Below are positions 50,386 through 60,588 of a DNA stretch of 64,000 nucleotides, in pieces. This DNA is from an uncultured delta proteobacterium. GTDB taxonomy: Bacteria > Desulfobacterota > Desulfobacteria > Desulfobacterales > UBA2156. The stretch covers positions 32,001 through 96,000 of the forward strand of contig CAVTQK010000020.1 of the NCBI GenBank assembly GCA_963736855.1, given 5' to 3'. The notes beneath the pieces were generated by a model. It made no database searches. It saw nothing but the letters and a program-made list of their open reading frames with translations, and was not told where the DNA came from. The first letter of the stretch is position 1. Each line of letters begins with the position of its first letter. The position numbers were made by a program, and so were the translations under genes.

Positions 50386-51528
50386 ATGCACGTCGAAAAA
50401 GTAAATATTTATCAGATCGCACTTCCCTTTGCGAGTCATTTCCCACATGCATTGAACAAAGGCGGGCATGCTCAAAACGTCGTCTGTGAAATCATCGCGA
50501 AAGGTGGAACGATTCGAGGTTATGGGGAAGGCGCTCCGAGGACCTATGTTACCGGGGAAACACCAAATAGCACGATGCGGGACATCGCCCGGTTTGTCAA
50601 ACTCGAAAAATTTCCCAGGGAAATGAAACAAATTTCCCAAGTTTGGGATTTTATCGACAGTCTTCCCAAGGATAAAGGTCATAACGCTGCTGTATGCGCT
50701 TTAGAATGCGCTTTGTTGGATGCTTTCGGAAAAAAAGAAGGCCGATACCTAACAATATACTTTTCGGGTGCTTTCGCCACAGAGACGGTCCACTACGGTA
50801 CGACTATTCCCCTTTTGGATACAAAGGCTATCGAACTATTATGCCGTCAGATTAAAGAGTATAAAATCAAAAAAGTGAGGCTCAAAGTTGGGAATAATTT
50901 TTTTCAAAACCAAGCTAATTTCGAATCTATACAAAATATTTTTTGCGATAGCTACGATTTGAAAATCGACGCAAATGGTTCCTGGAGCAGATCAGATGCC
51001 TTCGATCACATCCCATTGATTGAGAAATACCACGTCAAGGTAGTCGAACAACCCATGAGCCCAAAAGATCCCGCGCTCATCGATTTTTCAAGACAAATGA
51101 ATCGTTCAAAAATCTTTGTAATGGCCGATGAATCAGTCTGTTCCTTCGAAGATATCCAGATAAGTATTGATCAGGGATTTACTATGGTCAATATTCGGTT
51201 GTCCAAGTGTGGAGGATTCAGAAGATCACTTCAGATGATTGAATTTGCCAGGAAGAAAAACCTTCGATTCCAAATCGGATGTCACCTCGGGGAGTCCGGA
51301 ATCCTTTCCGCCGCGGGACGAGTCTTGGCGTTATTATGCAAAGATGCCATCTATTATGACGGATCCTATGATGCCTATCTGCTTAAACAAAATATCACTA
51401 CCCATCCTGTTTCATTCGGATTGGGCGGAAAGGCGGAAGCGCTTCAAGGATCCGGGCTAGGGGTAGAAGTGGATCTTCAAAGTCTCAGAAGTCTCTGCGA
51501 TGCCTTTATTATTGTTAATGCCCTCTAA
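50386..51528 (+). CDS. Enolase-superfamily (MLE/dipeptide epimerase subgroup-like) enzyme
   Basis: GYGEGAPR..VTGET, metal ligands DAN/EQP/DES, RLKVG, NIRLSKCGG. Confidence 0.85.
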   Translation: MHVEKVNIYQIALPFASHFPHALNKGGHAQNVVCEIIAKGGTIRGYGEGAPRTYVTGETPNSTMRDIARFVKLEKFPREMKQISQVWDFIDSLPKDKGHNAAVCALECALLDAFGKKEGRYLTIYFSGAFATETVHYGTTIPLLDTKAIELLCRQIKEYKIKKVRLKVGNNFFQNQANFESIQNIFCDSYDLKIDANGSWSRSDAFDHIPLIEKYHVKVVEQPMSPKDPALIDFSRQMNRSKIFVMADESVCSFEDIQISIDQGFTMVNIRLSKCGGFRRSLQMIEFARKKNLRFQIGCHLGESGILSAAGRVLALLCKDAIYYDGSYDAYLLKQNITTHPVSFGLGGKAEALQGSGLGVEVDLQSLRSLCDAFIIVNAL

Positions 51529-51658
51529 ACCACTCGAACTAAGCTGTACGCTGGAATTCTAACTTCAATTTACTTCTCTTGAAACTCGACAGGGTTTCAT
51601 ATATGTGAACTTGAGCCTAAAGGCAGCAAAAATTTAATCGCTTTGGAGAAAACTGAGC

Positions 51659-52462
51659 ATGAGCGTAATTTATGAGGAATGGAGCAGAGAGTATCGGGAA
51701 ACGCTAAAGATTTTACCTGGGAAAAAAGTATACGTTTTATATTCTGGAGGAAAAGATTCCTCGTTGTGTTTGGATATGATGTTGGAAGCCTCGTCCGAAT
51801 TTGGATTTTCAATTGAAGCCCACGGAGGGGCTTTCCCGCTCCATCGCTATTTAGAAGACGAAAAGTCCCGCTTAGCAATCTATTGGAAAGATAGAGGGGT
51901 TAACGTGCAATGGCATGATGTGGATAGTATGGGCTCGGATTTGGAGTCTGCGCAAAATCCATGTTTAGTTTGCCAGAAATTGAGAAAGAAATTGATGCAT
52001 CATCTGCTCATGTCGTGGGAACATGACTGGACCCGGGTCGTTCTTGTCGCTAGCTATACGCTTTGGGATCTCGTTGGATATGCTGTGGAGCATCTTTTAT
52101 CCAATCTTTTTTCTTCGCCGAAGCCCCTTGATGAGGGTCAACAGCGATTCATCGAGACCGGACAGCGGTTTTACCCTCTTCTTTATATGAAGGAAGGATA
52201 TATGGTTTTCAGGCCTTTGCTCCAGTATAATACACCTGAAATAGTCGAATATCTTCAGGAACGATCTATCCCCATCCTTTCGGTGCCCTGTAAATATAAA
52301 GATTTCAGGCCCAAAAGAATTCTTGAAAATTATTATAATAAATTGGGTTTAATGTTTGAATATAATCTTGTCATGGATTTTGCGAGAAAGTCTCTTGGTC
52401 TTCCGGAACCACTTCGATACACGTCCGCCGATAAGGATGAATATCTGAAAAAGCTATTTTAA
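51659..52462 (+). CDS. Divergent TtcA-like PP-loop ATP pyrophosphatase
   Basis: LYSGGKDS PP-loop, NPCLVCQKLRKK, VFRPLL, PCKY. Confidence 0.7.
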   Translation: MSVIYEEWSREYRETLKILPGKKVYVLYSGGKDSSLCLDMMLEASSEFGFSIEAHGGAFPLHRYLEDEKSRLAIYWKDRGVNVQWHDVDSMGSDLESAQNPCLVCQKLRKKLMHHLLMSWEHDWTRVVLVASYTLWDLVGYAVEHLLSNLFSSPKPLDEGQQRFIETGQRFYPLLYMKEGYMVFRPLLQYNTPEIVEYLQERSIPILSVPCKYKDFRPKRILENYYNKLGLMFEYNLVMDFARKSLGLPEPLRYTSADKDEYLKKLF

Positions 52463-52488
52463 TTTTTTGAATATCTCGAATTTTAACC

Positions 52489-52806
52489 TCAAGATGCCAA
52501 AGCCCCGCAGAAGGGGCAGTATCTGAATCCGGGTTCAAGACCTTTACCGCACATTTTACAACGACGCAGCACCCGGTTTGTCTCCGACCGATAGTCGGAT
52601 TTCATTTCGGAAACGGTCTTTTCACATGGTTCACAAAGAAGGAAGGGTTCGCCGGTCTTGATTCGTAGAAGGGGAATGAAAAAAAGGCTCAGGTAGTGAT
52701 CCACCCGACGGTAGTATGCCCTGGCAAGCCCGCAAACCGGGCAAAGCTGGGCTTTTGGATCCAATACTTTGGTTTTCGGTGAAATCCCGGCTAATAAAAA
52801 CATCAT
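52489..52806 (-). CDS. Zinc-ribbon domain protein
   Basis: CPVC, LFFIPL, CEPC, CKMC, CPFC. Confidence 0.75.
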   Translation of the reverse strand: MMFLLAGISPKTKVLDPKAQLCPVCGLARAYYRRVDHYLSLFFIPLLRIKTGEPFLLCEPCEKTVSEMKSDYRSETNRVLRRCKMCGKGLEPGFRYCPFCGALAS

Positions 52807-52819
52807 CAGGCCTTAGGAC

Positions 52820-53374
52820 TTAAAAATCCCTGGGCTTGCAGACGATCTCCCGGATCCTCATGCTGAACAGATCCGATTGGTTGACCGGCTTAAGGATCAG
52901 GGCTGTGTCGGCCCCCCTCCCGGTCCCTCCGATGGAAACGATATCCGCGCCGGTGAGTTTACCTGCATCCGCCGCCATGATGGATACCTCCACAGCGACC
53001 TTGGTCCCTTGACCGAAGAGCCGCAGGGTGTCGGCAACAATCAGGATCGGGTAAATGCCGCTGTGTTTTTTAGCCAGAGACCGCTCCAGGCCGGACAGGG
53101 CATGGGTGGCCTGGACGACCTGGACACCCTGCTTTTCCAGATCTGACCGGACTCCCGGATCCATCACGCTCTTAAAAGGGGTCTTGAACCCGCAGTGATA
53201 GGTGACGGCTGTAACTCGGAACCCCTTGAAGACTTTTACGGCCTTGAGCGCCGTATCTCCTTTGCTTGAGGCCACGACCACCTCATTCAACCCCAGCGCT
53301 TTTCCCCGTTCAAAGGCACAGTGCAGAACCTTTTCCGTATTTTCCGGACCCGGTTTGTCGAAACAGATACACAT
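52820..53374 (-). CDS. Pyruvate kinase C-terminal (alpha/beta)-like domain protein
   Basis: FDKPGPENT, VVASSKGDTA, HALSGLER, GQGTKVAVE, MAADAG, GADTA, REIVCKP. Confidence 0.8.
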   Translation of the reverse strand: MCICFDKPGPENTEKVLHCAFERGKALGLNEVVVASSKGDTALKAVKVFKGFRVTAVTYHCGFKTPFKSVMDPGVRSDLEKQGVQVVQATHALSGLERSLAKKHSGIYPILIVADTLRLFGQGTKVAVEVSIMAADAGKLTGADIVSIGGTGRGADTALILKPVNQSDLFSMRIREIVCKPRDF

Positions 53375-53448
53375 GCGCTTTCCTTTTTTCTGCGGCAGGT
53401 TTCCCTTATAATATTTTTCGGATCGGAGCCTGTTCTCCGTGGATTTGG

Positions 53449-54123
53449 TTATATGACTCCGGATGATTTCTCCTGTACCCGATGTTTAAGCCAATCCAAC
53501 CATGCCTCCATCCCTTCACCGGTTTTAGCTGAAACGGTGAATATCGGCATTTCCGGATGCACATTAAGGATGTTGGTTTTAGCTTGCTGAAGATCATAAT
53601 CGAGATAGGGCAACAGGTCGGATTTGTTGATGACCGCTGCATGGCAGGTTCTGAACATCAGGGGATATTTCAAGGGTTTGTCTTCCCCTTCGGTTGTGCT
53701 CATGATCACGACCCGACGGTCTTCTCCGAGGTCAAATTCGGCCGGGCACACCAGGTTTCCCACGTTTTCAATGAAAAGAAGGCGGATACCGGAAAGATTC
53801 AGCTCATCGACTGCCTTTTCAATGACATGGGCCGCCAAATGACACTCGCCGCCGAATGCATCCGTGTTGATCTGCAAAACCGGAACGCCGGACCGGGCCA
53901 AACGATCGGCGTCGTTGGTGGTGCAAATGTCTCCCACGATGACCGCGGTAGGGATATCCGCGGCAATGCGTGAAAGGGTCTTTTCCAGTAAAGCGGTCTT
54001 TCCGGAGCCCGGAGAACTCATGATATTGATTACATACACCCCTTTTTCGGAAAAAAGGCGCCGATTCTGCTCGGCCATCCGTTCATTGACGCTCAATACC
54101 TTTCGAACCACCTTGATTTCCAT
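53449..54123 (-). CDS. hypB: Hydrogenase nickel incorporation GTPase
   Basis: SSPGSGKT, ECHL, ENVGNLVCPA, EGEDKPLKYP, NKSDL. Confidence 0.95.
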   Translation of the reverse strand: MEIKVVRKVLSVNERMAEQNRRLFSEKGVYVINIMSSPGSGKTALLEKTLSRIAADIPTAVIVGDICTTNDADRLARSGVPVLQINTDAFGGECHLAAHVIEKAVDELNLSGIRLLFIENVGNLVCPAEFDLGEDRRVVIMSTTEGEDKPLKYPLMFRTCHAAVINKSDLLPYLDYDLQQAKTNILNVHPEMPIFTVSAKTGEGMEAWLDWLKHRVQEKSSGVI

Positions 54124-54503
54124 CAAACCTTTCCTTCCATTCGGCTGCAATCATCCTCTTCTTCAATCTCGATGGACTCGATGTCGAGCTCCCTTCCAGA
54201 AAGGAGCGTCAGCCTGCCGCTTTCACAGGCCGGGCAGGAAAAAGAAGGGCCCTCAAGAGTCCATTCGTTATGGCACTGGTCACAGCGGATGACCAGCGGA
54301 ATCTCCTCAATAAGGAGTCGGGCACCGGCGAGGGGCGTATCCTGGGAGACGATATCGAAACAAAACCGAAGGCTTTCCGGAACGAGGGCGGTAAGTTTTC
54401 CTACCTTCAGTCGGATACTTTGGACCTTTGCCCCCTTAAGAGTTTCGGGAATGGATGCGGATGCGATCGAAAGGATCTCCATCGCGATCCCCATCTCATG
54501 CAT
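54123..54503 (-). CDS. hypA: Hydrogenase maturation nickel metallochaperone
   Basis: MHE N-terminus, [18 protein letters not shown]. Confidence 0.93.
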   Translation of the reverse strand: MHEMGIAMEILSIASASIPETLKGAKVQSIRLKVGKLTALVPESLRFCFDIVSQDTPLAGARLLIEEIPLVIRCDQCHNEWTLEGPSFSCPACESGRLTLLSGRELDIESIEIEEEDDCSRMEGKV

Positions 54504-55374
54504 GGCCGAACACCTTGGCGCAGAACTCCCCAAACATCCCGAGGTCTTCACAAACATGGATGCCGCTTTTTTTCATGGCATCGATTTTGGCTCCTGCAGT
54601 GCCGCTTTTACCGCTGATAATGGCACCGGCATGCCCCATGCGGCGCCCGGGCGGCGCCGTGAGGCCGGCGATGAACCCAACCACCGGTTTGGAAAAATGC
54701 TTTTCGATAAAATTGGCGGTTTCTTCCTCAGCGGTTCCTCCGATCTCACCGACGATTACGACCCCCCGGGTTTCAGGGTCTTTTTCAAAGGCCTCCAGGC
54801 AATCAATGAATGTGGTGCCGGTGACGGGATCCCCTCCGATGCCGATGCACGTCGTTTGTCCGATCCCCTGCAGAGTCAATTGATACACCACCTCGTAAGT
54901 GAGGGTTCCCGAGCGGGAGATCACTCCGATAGGCCCTCCGGGTTTGTGAATGGGGCCGGGCATGATACCGACCTTGCATTCGCCGGGGGTGATGATTCCC
55001 GGGCAGTTGGGTCCGATCAGCCGGACGGCTTTGCCTGCAAGGTAATTTTTGACTTTCATCATGTCCAGAACAGGGATCCCTTCGGTGATGGCCACCACGA
55101 TCCGGATCCCGGCATCCGCGGCTTCCATGATGCCTTCGGCGGCAAAAGCCGGAGGAACAAAAATCAGACTGCAGTCGGCGCCGGTTCGATCCACGGCCTC
55201 CCGGACCGTATTGAAGACCGGAATCCCATCCATTTCCTGCCCCCCTTTTCCGGGGGTCACGCCGGCCATCACCTGAGTTCCGTATGTGACACAATGCCGG
55301 GTATGAAACTGGCCCTCTCTCCCGGTGATCCCCTGCACCAGCACCCGAGTCTTGGCGTTGATAAAAATGCTCAC
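54496..55374 (-). CDS. sucD: Succinyl-CoA synthetase alpha subunit
   Basis: [31 protein letters not shown] start. Confidence 0.96.
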   Translation of the reverse strand: MSIFINAKTRVLVQGITGREGQFHTRHCVTYGTQVMAGVTPGKGGQEMDGIPVFNTVREAVDRTGADCSLIFVPPAFAAEGIMEAADAGIRIVVAITEGIPVLDMMKVKNYLAGKAVRLIGPNCPGIITPGECKVGIMPGPIHKPGGPIGVISRSGTLTYEVVYQLTLQGIGQTTCIGIGGDPVTGTTFIDCLEAFEKDPETRGVVIVGEIGGTAEEETANFIEKHFSKPVVGFIAGLTAPPGRRMGHAGAIISGKSGTAGAKIDAMKKSGIHVCEDLGMFGEFCAKVFGHA

Positions 55375-55391
55375 GCTCCCCCCTTGGTCAA

Positions 55392-56552
55392 TCAGGCTAC
55401 GAGACCGGCCACCTTGGCGGCGGCATCCTTCAAATCCACAGCCGTGATGAGGTTCAGCCCGGATTCCGAAAGGATGCGGCGCCCCTTTTCCACATTCGTC
55501 CCTTCCATTCGAACCACCACCGGAACCGTGATCCCGGTCTTTTTTGCCGCATGGACCACTCCCTCGGCCAAGACGTCGCAGCGTAAAATGCCCCCGAAAA
55601 TATTAATCAGGATTCCCTTTACCTTTTTATCGCTGAGAATGATCCGAAACCCGTTTTCCACCATCTCAGAGCTGGCACCTCCTCCCACATCCAGGAAGTT
55701 GGCCGGTTCGCCCCCCGCCCGTTTGATGATATCCATGGTGGCCATAGCCAATCCCGCGCCATTGACCATGTTTCCGATATTGCCGTCCAGGTTGATATAA
55801 TTGAGATTGTACTTGGAAGCCTCAATCTCCAGGGGATCCTCTTCCGCCAGATCCCGGTATTCCAGGATATCCGGGTGCCGGAATAAGGCATTATCGTCGA
55901 AGCCGACCTTTGCATCCAATGCCACCAGTCTATCTTCCGCCGTGAGAACCAGGGGGTTGATTTCCAGCAGGGAGCAATCATACTCTACAAATAGCCGATA
56001 GAGACGGGGAATCATGTTTAAGAATTGCTTCATCGCCGCCCCAGGCAATTCAAGGGCATAGGCAATTTGGCGGCAGTGGTAGGATCGGATCCCATCAAGG
56101 GGATTGATGAAGACCTTGACGATCTTTTCCGGTGTCCGGGCGGCCACCGCCTCGATGTCCATTCCGCCGGCCTGGCTGGCAATGACCACAATCTTTGCCG
56201 TCGATCGATCCGGGACGATACCCAGATAAAGCTCCCGGACGATGGATAGACCCTGCTCCACCAGGACCTTGCCCACACGCCTGCCCTGAGGCCCGGTCTG
56301 ATGGGTGACGAGCATCATCCCGAGCATCTTCCCCGTGATCCGCTCCACTTCGTCCAGGGAGCCGGCAAGCTTAACCCCGCCTCCCTTTCCCCGACCGCCT
56401 GCATGAATCTGGGCCTTGACCACCACCGGAAATCCGCCAAGGGTGGCCGCCGTCTTCACCGCCGCCGACGGATCCCATGCAACCTCTCCGGCCGGAACAG
56501 GGATGTCGTATTTTTTGAACAGCTCCTTGGCCTGGTATTCATGTATCTTCAT
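55392..56552 (-). CDS. sucC: Succinyl-CoA synthetase beta subunit
   Basis: [40 protein letters not shown]. Confidence 0.96.
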   Translation of the reverse strand: MKIHEYQAKELFKKYDIPVPAGEVAWDPSAAVKTAATLGGFPVVVKAQIHAGGRGKGGGVKLAGSLDEVERITGKMLGMMLVTHQTGPQGRRVGKVLVEQGLSIVRELYLGIVPDRSTAKIVVIASQAGGMDIEAVAARTPEKIVKVFINPLDGIRSYHCRQIAYALELPGAAMKQFLNMIPRLYRLFVEYDCSLLEINPLVLTAEDRLVALDAKVGFDDNALFRHPDILEYRDLAEEDPLEIEASKYNLNYINLDGNIGNMVNGAGLAMATMDIIKRAGGEPANFLDVGGGASSEMVENGFRIILSDKKVKGILINIFGGILRCDVLAEGVVHAAKKTGITVPVVVRMEGTNVEKGRRILSESGLNLITAVDLKDAAAKVAGLVA

Positions 56553-56638
56553 GGATCGTTCCTTCCGGATGGCCACCTGAAAATCAGGAAGGGACCGGTT
56601 TTCTATCCACCCCGGCCCCCACAACAGTCGGGTTCAGA

Positions 56639-58678
56639 CTATCCGATCACGCAAAGGACATCATTTTTGGCCACCGAGTCGCCGGGTTTAAAACGAAGGA
56701 CCTTGACAGTACCCGAAACAGGTGCCGGGAGAGCGTTTTCCATTTTCATGGCCTCCAGGATTACCACTGTCTCCCCTTCCATCACGCTGTCTCCCACCTG
56801 TTTCTTGTAACTGACGATCATGCCCGGCATAGGGGCCTTCAAGGGGGTCCCTGCTTCAGGGGCGGCCTTTGCCGGCTCCATGGCCTTCGGTGCTTCGACA
56901 ACAGCCGGCTGAGCCGCAGGAGCCGGTGGTTCCGGCCTGGGAACGGCTTTGGGAACCGGCGCCGGCGCAACTGTCGGCATGGCCGGCATCATGGGCCTCT
57001 GGACCGGCATCTGCTGGATGTAGCTGATCAGCGGGGAGCCCCCGACCTCATCCACCCCGACTTCAAAGTACTCGCCATCCACGAAGACGTTGAAGGTGCG
57101 GGTATTTTCGCTCTTGGGCGGGGCGGCTTTGGTCGGTTTCTCAACGAGTTCACCCGCCAAAGCCTTTTTCACCAGGGCTTCCCGTGCTTTGACCTGTTCC
57201 ATGGTTACCGGGCGGACCTCGGCAGGCGGCTCATCTTTCCCGTATTTCCAACTTAAAAATTTCTTTCCCGTCAGCGGATACAGGGCGTACAGAATCAGGT
57301 CATCCATGTCCACGGCCAGATCGCCGATCTCGGTTTTGGCCTTCTCGAGCTCCGGTTTCAGTACTTCCGCCGGCCTGCAGGTGATCGGTTTTTCGCCCCT
57401 GGAATATCCCTTGAGCGCCTTCTTCTGGACTTCCGGATCGATGGGCACGGCGGTCTTGCCGTAAAGACCGTAGCACAGGTCTTTCACCTGATCTGTGATC
57501 ATCTTGTAACGCTCCTCCGGCGTGTCAAACAAAACATTGTTCACCGTCTGGATTCCCACGATCTGGCTGGTGGGGGTCACCAGCGGAATTTGTCCCAGGT
57601 CTTTCCGTACCCTCGGCAGTTCCCTGAAGACCTCATTGATCTTGTCTATGGCGTCCATCTGTTTAAGCTGATTGACCAGGTTCGACAGCATCCCTCCCGG
57701 AGTCTGATGCAGCAGGACATTGATATCGATGATGCTCATCTTGGAATCGTCCAAAAGGTGCTTGTATTTGGGCATTACTTCCTTTTCAAGGATCTCGTTG
57801 ATGGCGGCCAGGTGCTTAATATCGAATCCGGTATCGCGATTGGTGCCCAAAAGGGTCATGACCAACGGTTCGATGGCCGCATGGGAGGTTCGATAGGCAT
57901 ATGGGGACATACAGGTGTCCACGATGTCAACTCCGGCTTCGACGGCTTTCAGTTGGCTCATGGCCGACATACCGGAGGTGAAATGGCTGTGCAGGTGAAT
58001 GGGCGGCTTTACAGCTGCCTTCAGAGCCTTTACGATGGCGTAAGCATCATAGGGAGCGATAAGTCCCGCCATATCCTTCACGCAGATACTGTCCGCCCCC
58101 ATGGCCTCCAGGTCTTTGGCTTTTTTGACATAGTAGTCCAAATTATAGACGTCTCCTCCAAATCGGGGTTCGGTGAGGGAGTAACAGATACTCCCCTGGA
58201 AATGCTTTCCCGATGCTTTGATGACCGGAACAACCGTATCGAAATTCCGGTAATCGTTCAGCGCGTCAAAGGTCCTGAAGATATCTATCCCGTTTTCCAC
58301 GGCCCGTTCCACGAATGCCTTGGCCACGTCGTCTGCATAATTCCGGTATCCCACCAGATTCTGTCCCCTCAGAAGCATGGAAAACGGGGTCTTCTTGATG
58401 TAGCGTTTCAGGGTCCGGATGCGTTCCCATGGGTCTTCGTTTAAAAACCGGTGCATGGTATCGAAAGTGGCGCCTCCCCATACTTCCATGGCCCAGAATC
58501 CCACTTCATCCATCATCTCCGCCACCGGGATCATGTCCTCCGTCCGCCCCCGGGTGGCAAACATGGACTGGTGTCCATCCCGAAAGGTCAGGTCTTCCAC
58601 CTTCAGCGGATTTTTGGCCGCCGGTCTGCCTTTTTCATAGTTCATGGAGGTCATTTTAACTTGGTCATGATCGGTCAT
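56639..58678 (-). CDS. Pyruvate/oxaloacetate carboxyltransferase (5S/PycB/OadA-like) fused to a biotin carrier domain
   Basis: FRDGHQS, EVWGGATFD, KDMAG, HSH, Pro/Ala linker, EAMKM. Confidence 0.92.
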   Translation of the reverse strand: MTDHDQVKMTSMNYEKGRPAAKNPLKVEDLTFRDGHQSMFATRGRTEDMIPVAEMMDEVGFWAMEVWGGATFDTMHRFLNEDPWERIRTLKRYIKKTPFSMLLRGQNLVGYRNYADDVAKAFVERAVENGIDIFRTFDALNDYRNFDTVVPVIKASGKHFQGSICYSLTEPRFGGDVYNLDYYVKKAKDLEAMGADSICVKDMAGLIAPYDAYAIVKALKAAVKPPIHLHSHFTSGMSAMSQLKAVEAGVDIVDTCMSPYAYRTSHAAIEPLVMTLLGTNRDTGFDIKHLAAINEILEKEVMPKYKHLLDDSKMSIIDINVLLHQTPGGMLSNLVNQLKQMDAIDKINEVFRELPRVRKDLGQIPLVTPTSQIVGIQTVNNVLFDTPEERYKMITDQVKDLCYGLYGKTAVPIDPEVQKKALKGYSRGEKPITCRPAEVLKPELEKAKTEIGDLAVDMDDLILYALYPLTGKKFLSWKYGKDEPPAEVRPVTMEQVKAREALVKKALAGELVEKPTKAAPPKSENTRTFNVFVDGEYFEVGVDEVGGSPLISYIQQMPVQRPMMPAMPTVAPAPVPKAVPRPEPPAPAAQPAVVEAPKAMEPAKAAPEAGTPLKAPMPGMIVSYKKQVGDSVMEGETVVILEAMKMENALPAPVSGTVKVLRFKPGDSVAKNDVLCVIG

Positions 58679-58781
58679 TTTTCTTTCTCCCTTGATCGTG
58701 TAAAGCCCGAGGGGCCCGGGGGTCAAATCCAATCACCTTATTTTGGATCACTCGCCCCCTTGACCGCCTGAGCCCTTTTTA

Positions 58782-58985
58782 TTATCGATGATAGGCTTTC
58801 AGTTGCATCTGGGTCCGCATCTGCATTTGAGCTTGCCTTCCGCTCAACTGCCATGGGCTGAAACGTTCCGGCGGAGGTTTGTAAGCCGCCCCTGGCACCA
58901 ACTGCAATGCGATGGCTTCTTCTTCCATTCGGATGTATGCGGCCACTGCGGTAATGGCCGCAGCGACCGTCTTAGGGTTTTTCAT
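58782..58985 (-). CDS. Small protein resembling an acyl-CoA carboxylase epsilon/linker subunit
   Basis: AAAITAVAAY ... SPWQLSGR; lies between the two carboxyltransferase genes. Confidence 0.6.
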   Translation of the reverse strand: MKNPKTVAAAITAVAAYIRMEEEAIALQLVPGAAYKPPPERFSPWQLSGRQAQMQMRTQMQLKAYHR

Positions 58986-59034
58986 AATGGGCTTCCTATC
59001 GGTCCATTACTGTGTTTACCGGTTCGGTTACTGA

Positions 59035-60588
59035 TCATACCGGAATGTTGCCGTGTTTTTTGGGCGGCCTCATCTCGCGTTTGGTACACATGATCTCCAA
59101 TGCATCGATGAGACGCGGCCGCGTCTCACTGGGTTCAATGACCGCATCGATATATCCCCGGTTGGCCGCTCGGTACGGATTGGAAAACAGATTCTCATAT
59201 TCTTGAATTTTTTCTTTTCGCTTGGCAGCCGGATCCTTTGCCTCCTTGATTTCCTTACGATGGATGATGTTGCACGCTCCACTGGCCCCCATAACGGCAA
59301 TCTCGGCGGTGGGCCAGGCAAAACTCATATCCGCACCCAGATCCCGTGAGCACATGGCCAGATAAGAGCCTCCATAGTCCTTCCGGGTCACTAGGAGTAG
59401 CTTGGGAACGGTGGCCTCCGAATAACACCATAAAAGCTTGGCCCCATGTCGGATGATTCCTCCCCATTCCTGTTGGCTTCCGGGAAGATATCCCGGTACA
59501 TCCGCAATGGTGAGCATGGGGATGTTGAAGGCATCGCAGCACCGGATAAACCGTGTGGCCTTGTCCGACGCATCAATATCCAGGCAGCCGGCAAGAACCT
59601 TCGGTTGATTTGCGATGATACCCACTGTGCGTCCGTTCAGCCTGGCAAAGCAGACGATTATGTTGCGCGCATAATACTGGTGCGGCTCGAAAAACTCCCC
59701 ATTGTCCACGATGCTGCCGATTACCGTCCTCATATCGTAGGATTGGGTGGGGCTATCCGGAACGATGTGGTTCAATTCCGGAGAGGTCCGCCCGGGATTG
59801 TCTCCTGTCTCTACACGGGGAGGATCTTCCATATTGTTGGACGGTAAAAAAGAGAGCAATTTTTGGATTTGTGCGATGGTATCTTCATCGCTCTCGCAGG
59901 CAAAATGGGCCACGCCACTTTTTTCGTTGTGGGTCATGGCGCCACCCAGGGCTTCGAAGGTGATCTCCTCGCCTGTGACTGCTTTAATCACGTCCGGACC
60001 GGTGATGAACATGTAGCTGGTGTTTTTCACCATGAAAACCCAGTCCGTCATGGCGGGAGAATAGACTGCTCCACCTGCGGTAGGTCCCATGATGGCCGAG
60101 ATCTGGGGGATCACTCCGGACGCCAGGGAATTCCTGTAAAAGATCTGGCCGTAACCGGAAAGAGCGTCCACTCCTTCCTGGATCCGGGCGCCGCCCGAAT
60201 CGTTGATCCCCACAAACGGCGTTCCCGCTTTCAGGGCGAGATCCATGACCTTGCATATCTTTCTGGCGTGCATCTCTCCCAAGCTTCCGGCCCTGGAAGT
60301 GAAGTCCTGGGAGAAGGCAAAAACCGGTCGGCCTCCCACCAGCCCGTGACCGGTAATGACGCCGTCCGAAGGGATTTCGACCTGTTCCATGCCGAAATTG
60401 GTACACCGATGTTGTACAAACATATCGATCTCCCGGAACGTACCTCGATCAAACAGGTGGGTCAACCGTTCGCGGGCAGTCAGCTTTCCTTTCTCCTTAT
60501 GCTGGGCCACCGCCTTTTTTCCGCCCATCTCAAGGACCTTCGCCTGTCTTTCCCTCAACTCCCGGATTTTATCTTCTACGATACCCAT
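59035..60588 (-). CDS. Methylmalonyl-CoA/propionyl-CoA carboxyltransferase (12S/PccB family)
   Basis: GKLTARER, DSGGARIQEG, MFITGPDV, GIIRHGAK, KKHGNIP. Confidence 0.94.
   Translation of the reverse strand: MGIVEDKIRELRERQAKVLEMGGKKAVAQHKEKGKLTARERLTHLFDRGTFREIDMFVQHRCTNFGMEQVEIPSDGVITGHGLVGGRPVFAFSQDFTSRAGSLGEMHARKICKVMDLALKAGTPFVGINDSGGARIQEGVDALSGYGQIFYRNSLASGVIPQISAIMGPTAGGAVYSPAMTDWVFMVKNTSYMFITGPDVIKAVTGEEITFEALGGAMTHNEKSGVAHFACESDEDTIAQIQKLLSFLPSNNMEDPPRVETGDNPGRTSPELNHIVPDSPTQSYDMRTVIGSIVDNGEFFEPHQYYARNIIVCFARLNGRTVGIIANQPKVLAGCLDIDASDKATRFIRCCDAFNIPMLTIADVPGYLPGSQQEWGGIIRHGAKLLWCYSEATVPKLLLVTRKDYGGSYLAMCSRDLGADMSFAWPTAEIAVMGASGACNIIHRKEIKEAKDPAAKRKEKIQEYENLFSNPYRAANRGYIDAVIEPSETRPRLIDALEIMCTKREMRPPKKHGNIPV

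Noticed and set aside
54172..55800. 542-aa plus-strand ORF
   Set aside because: Antisense shadow of hypA/sucD/sucC; no recognisable motifs
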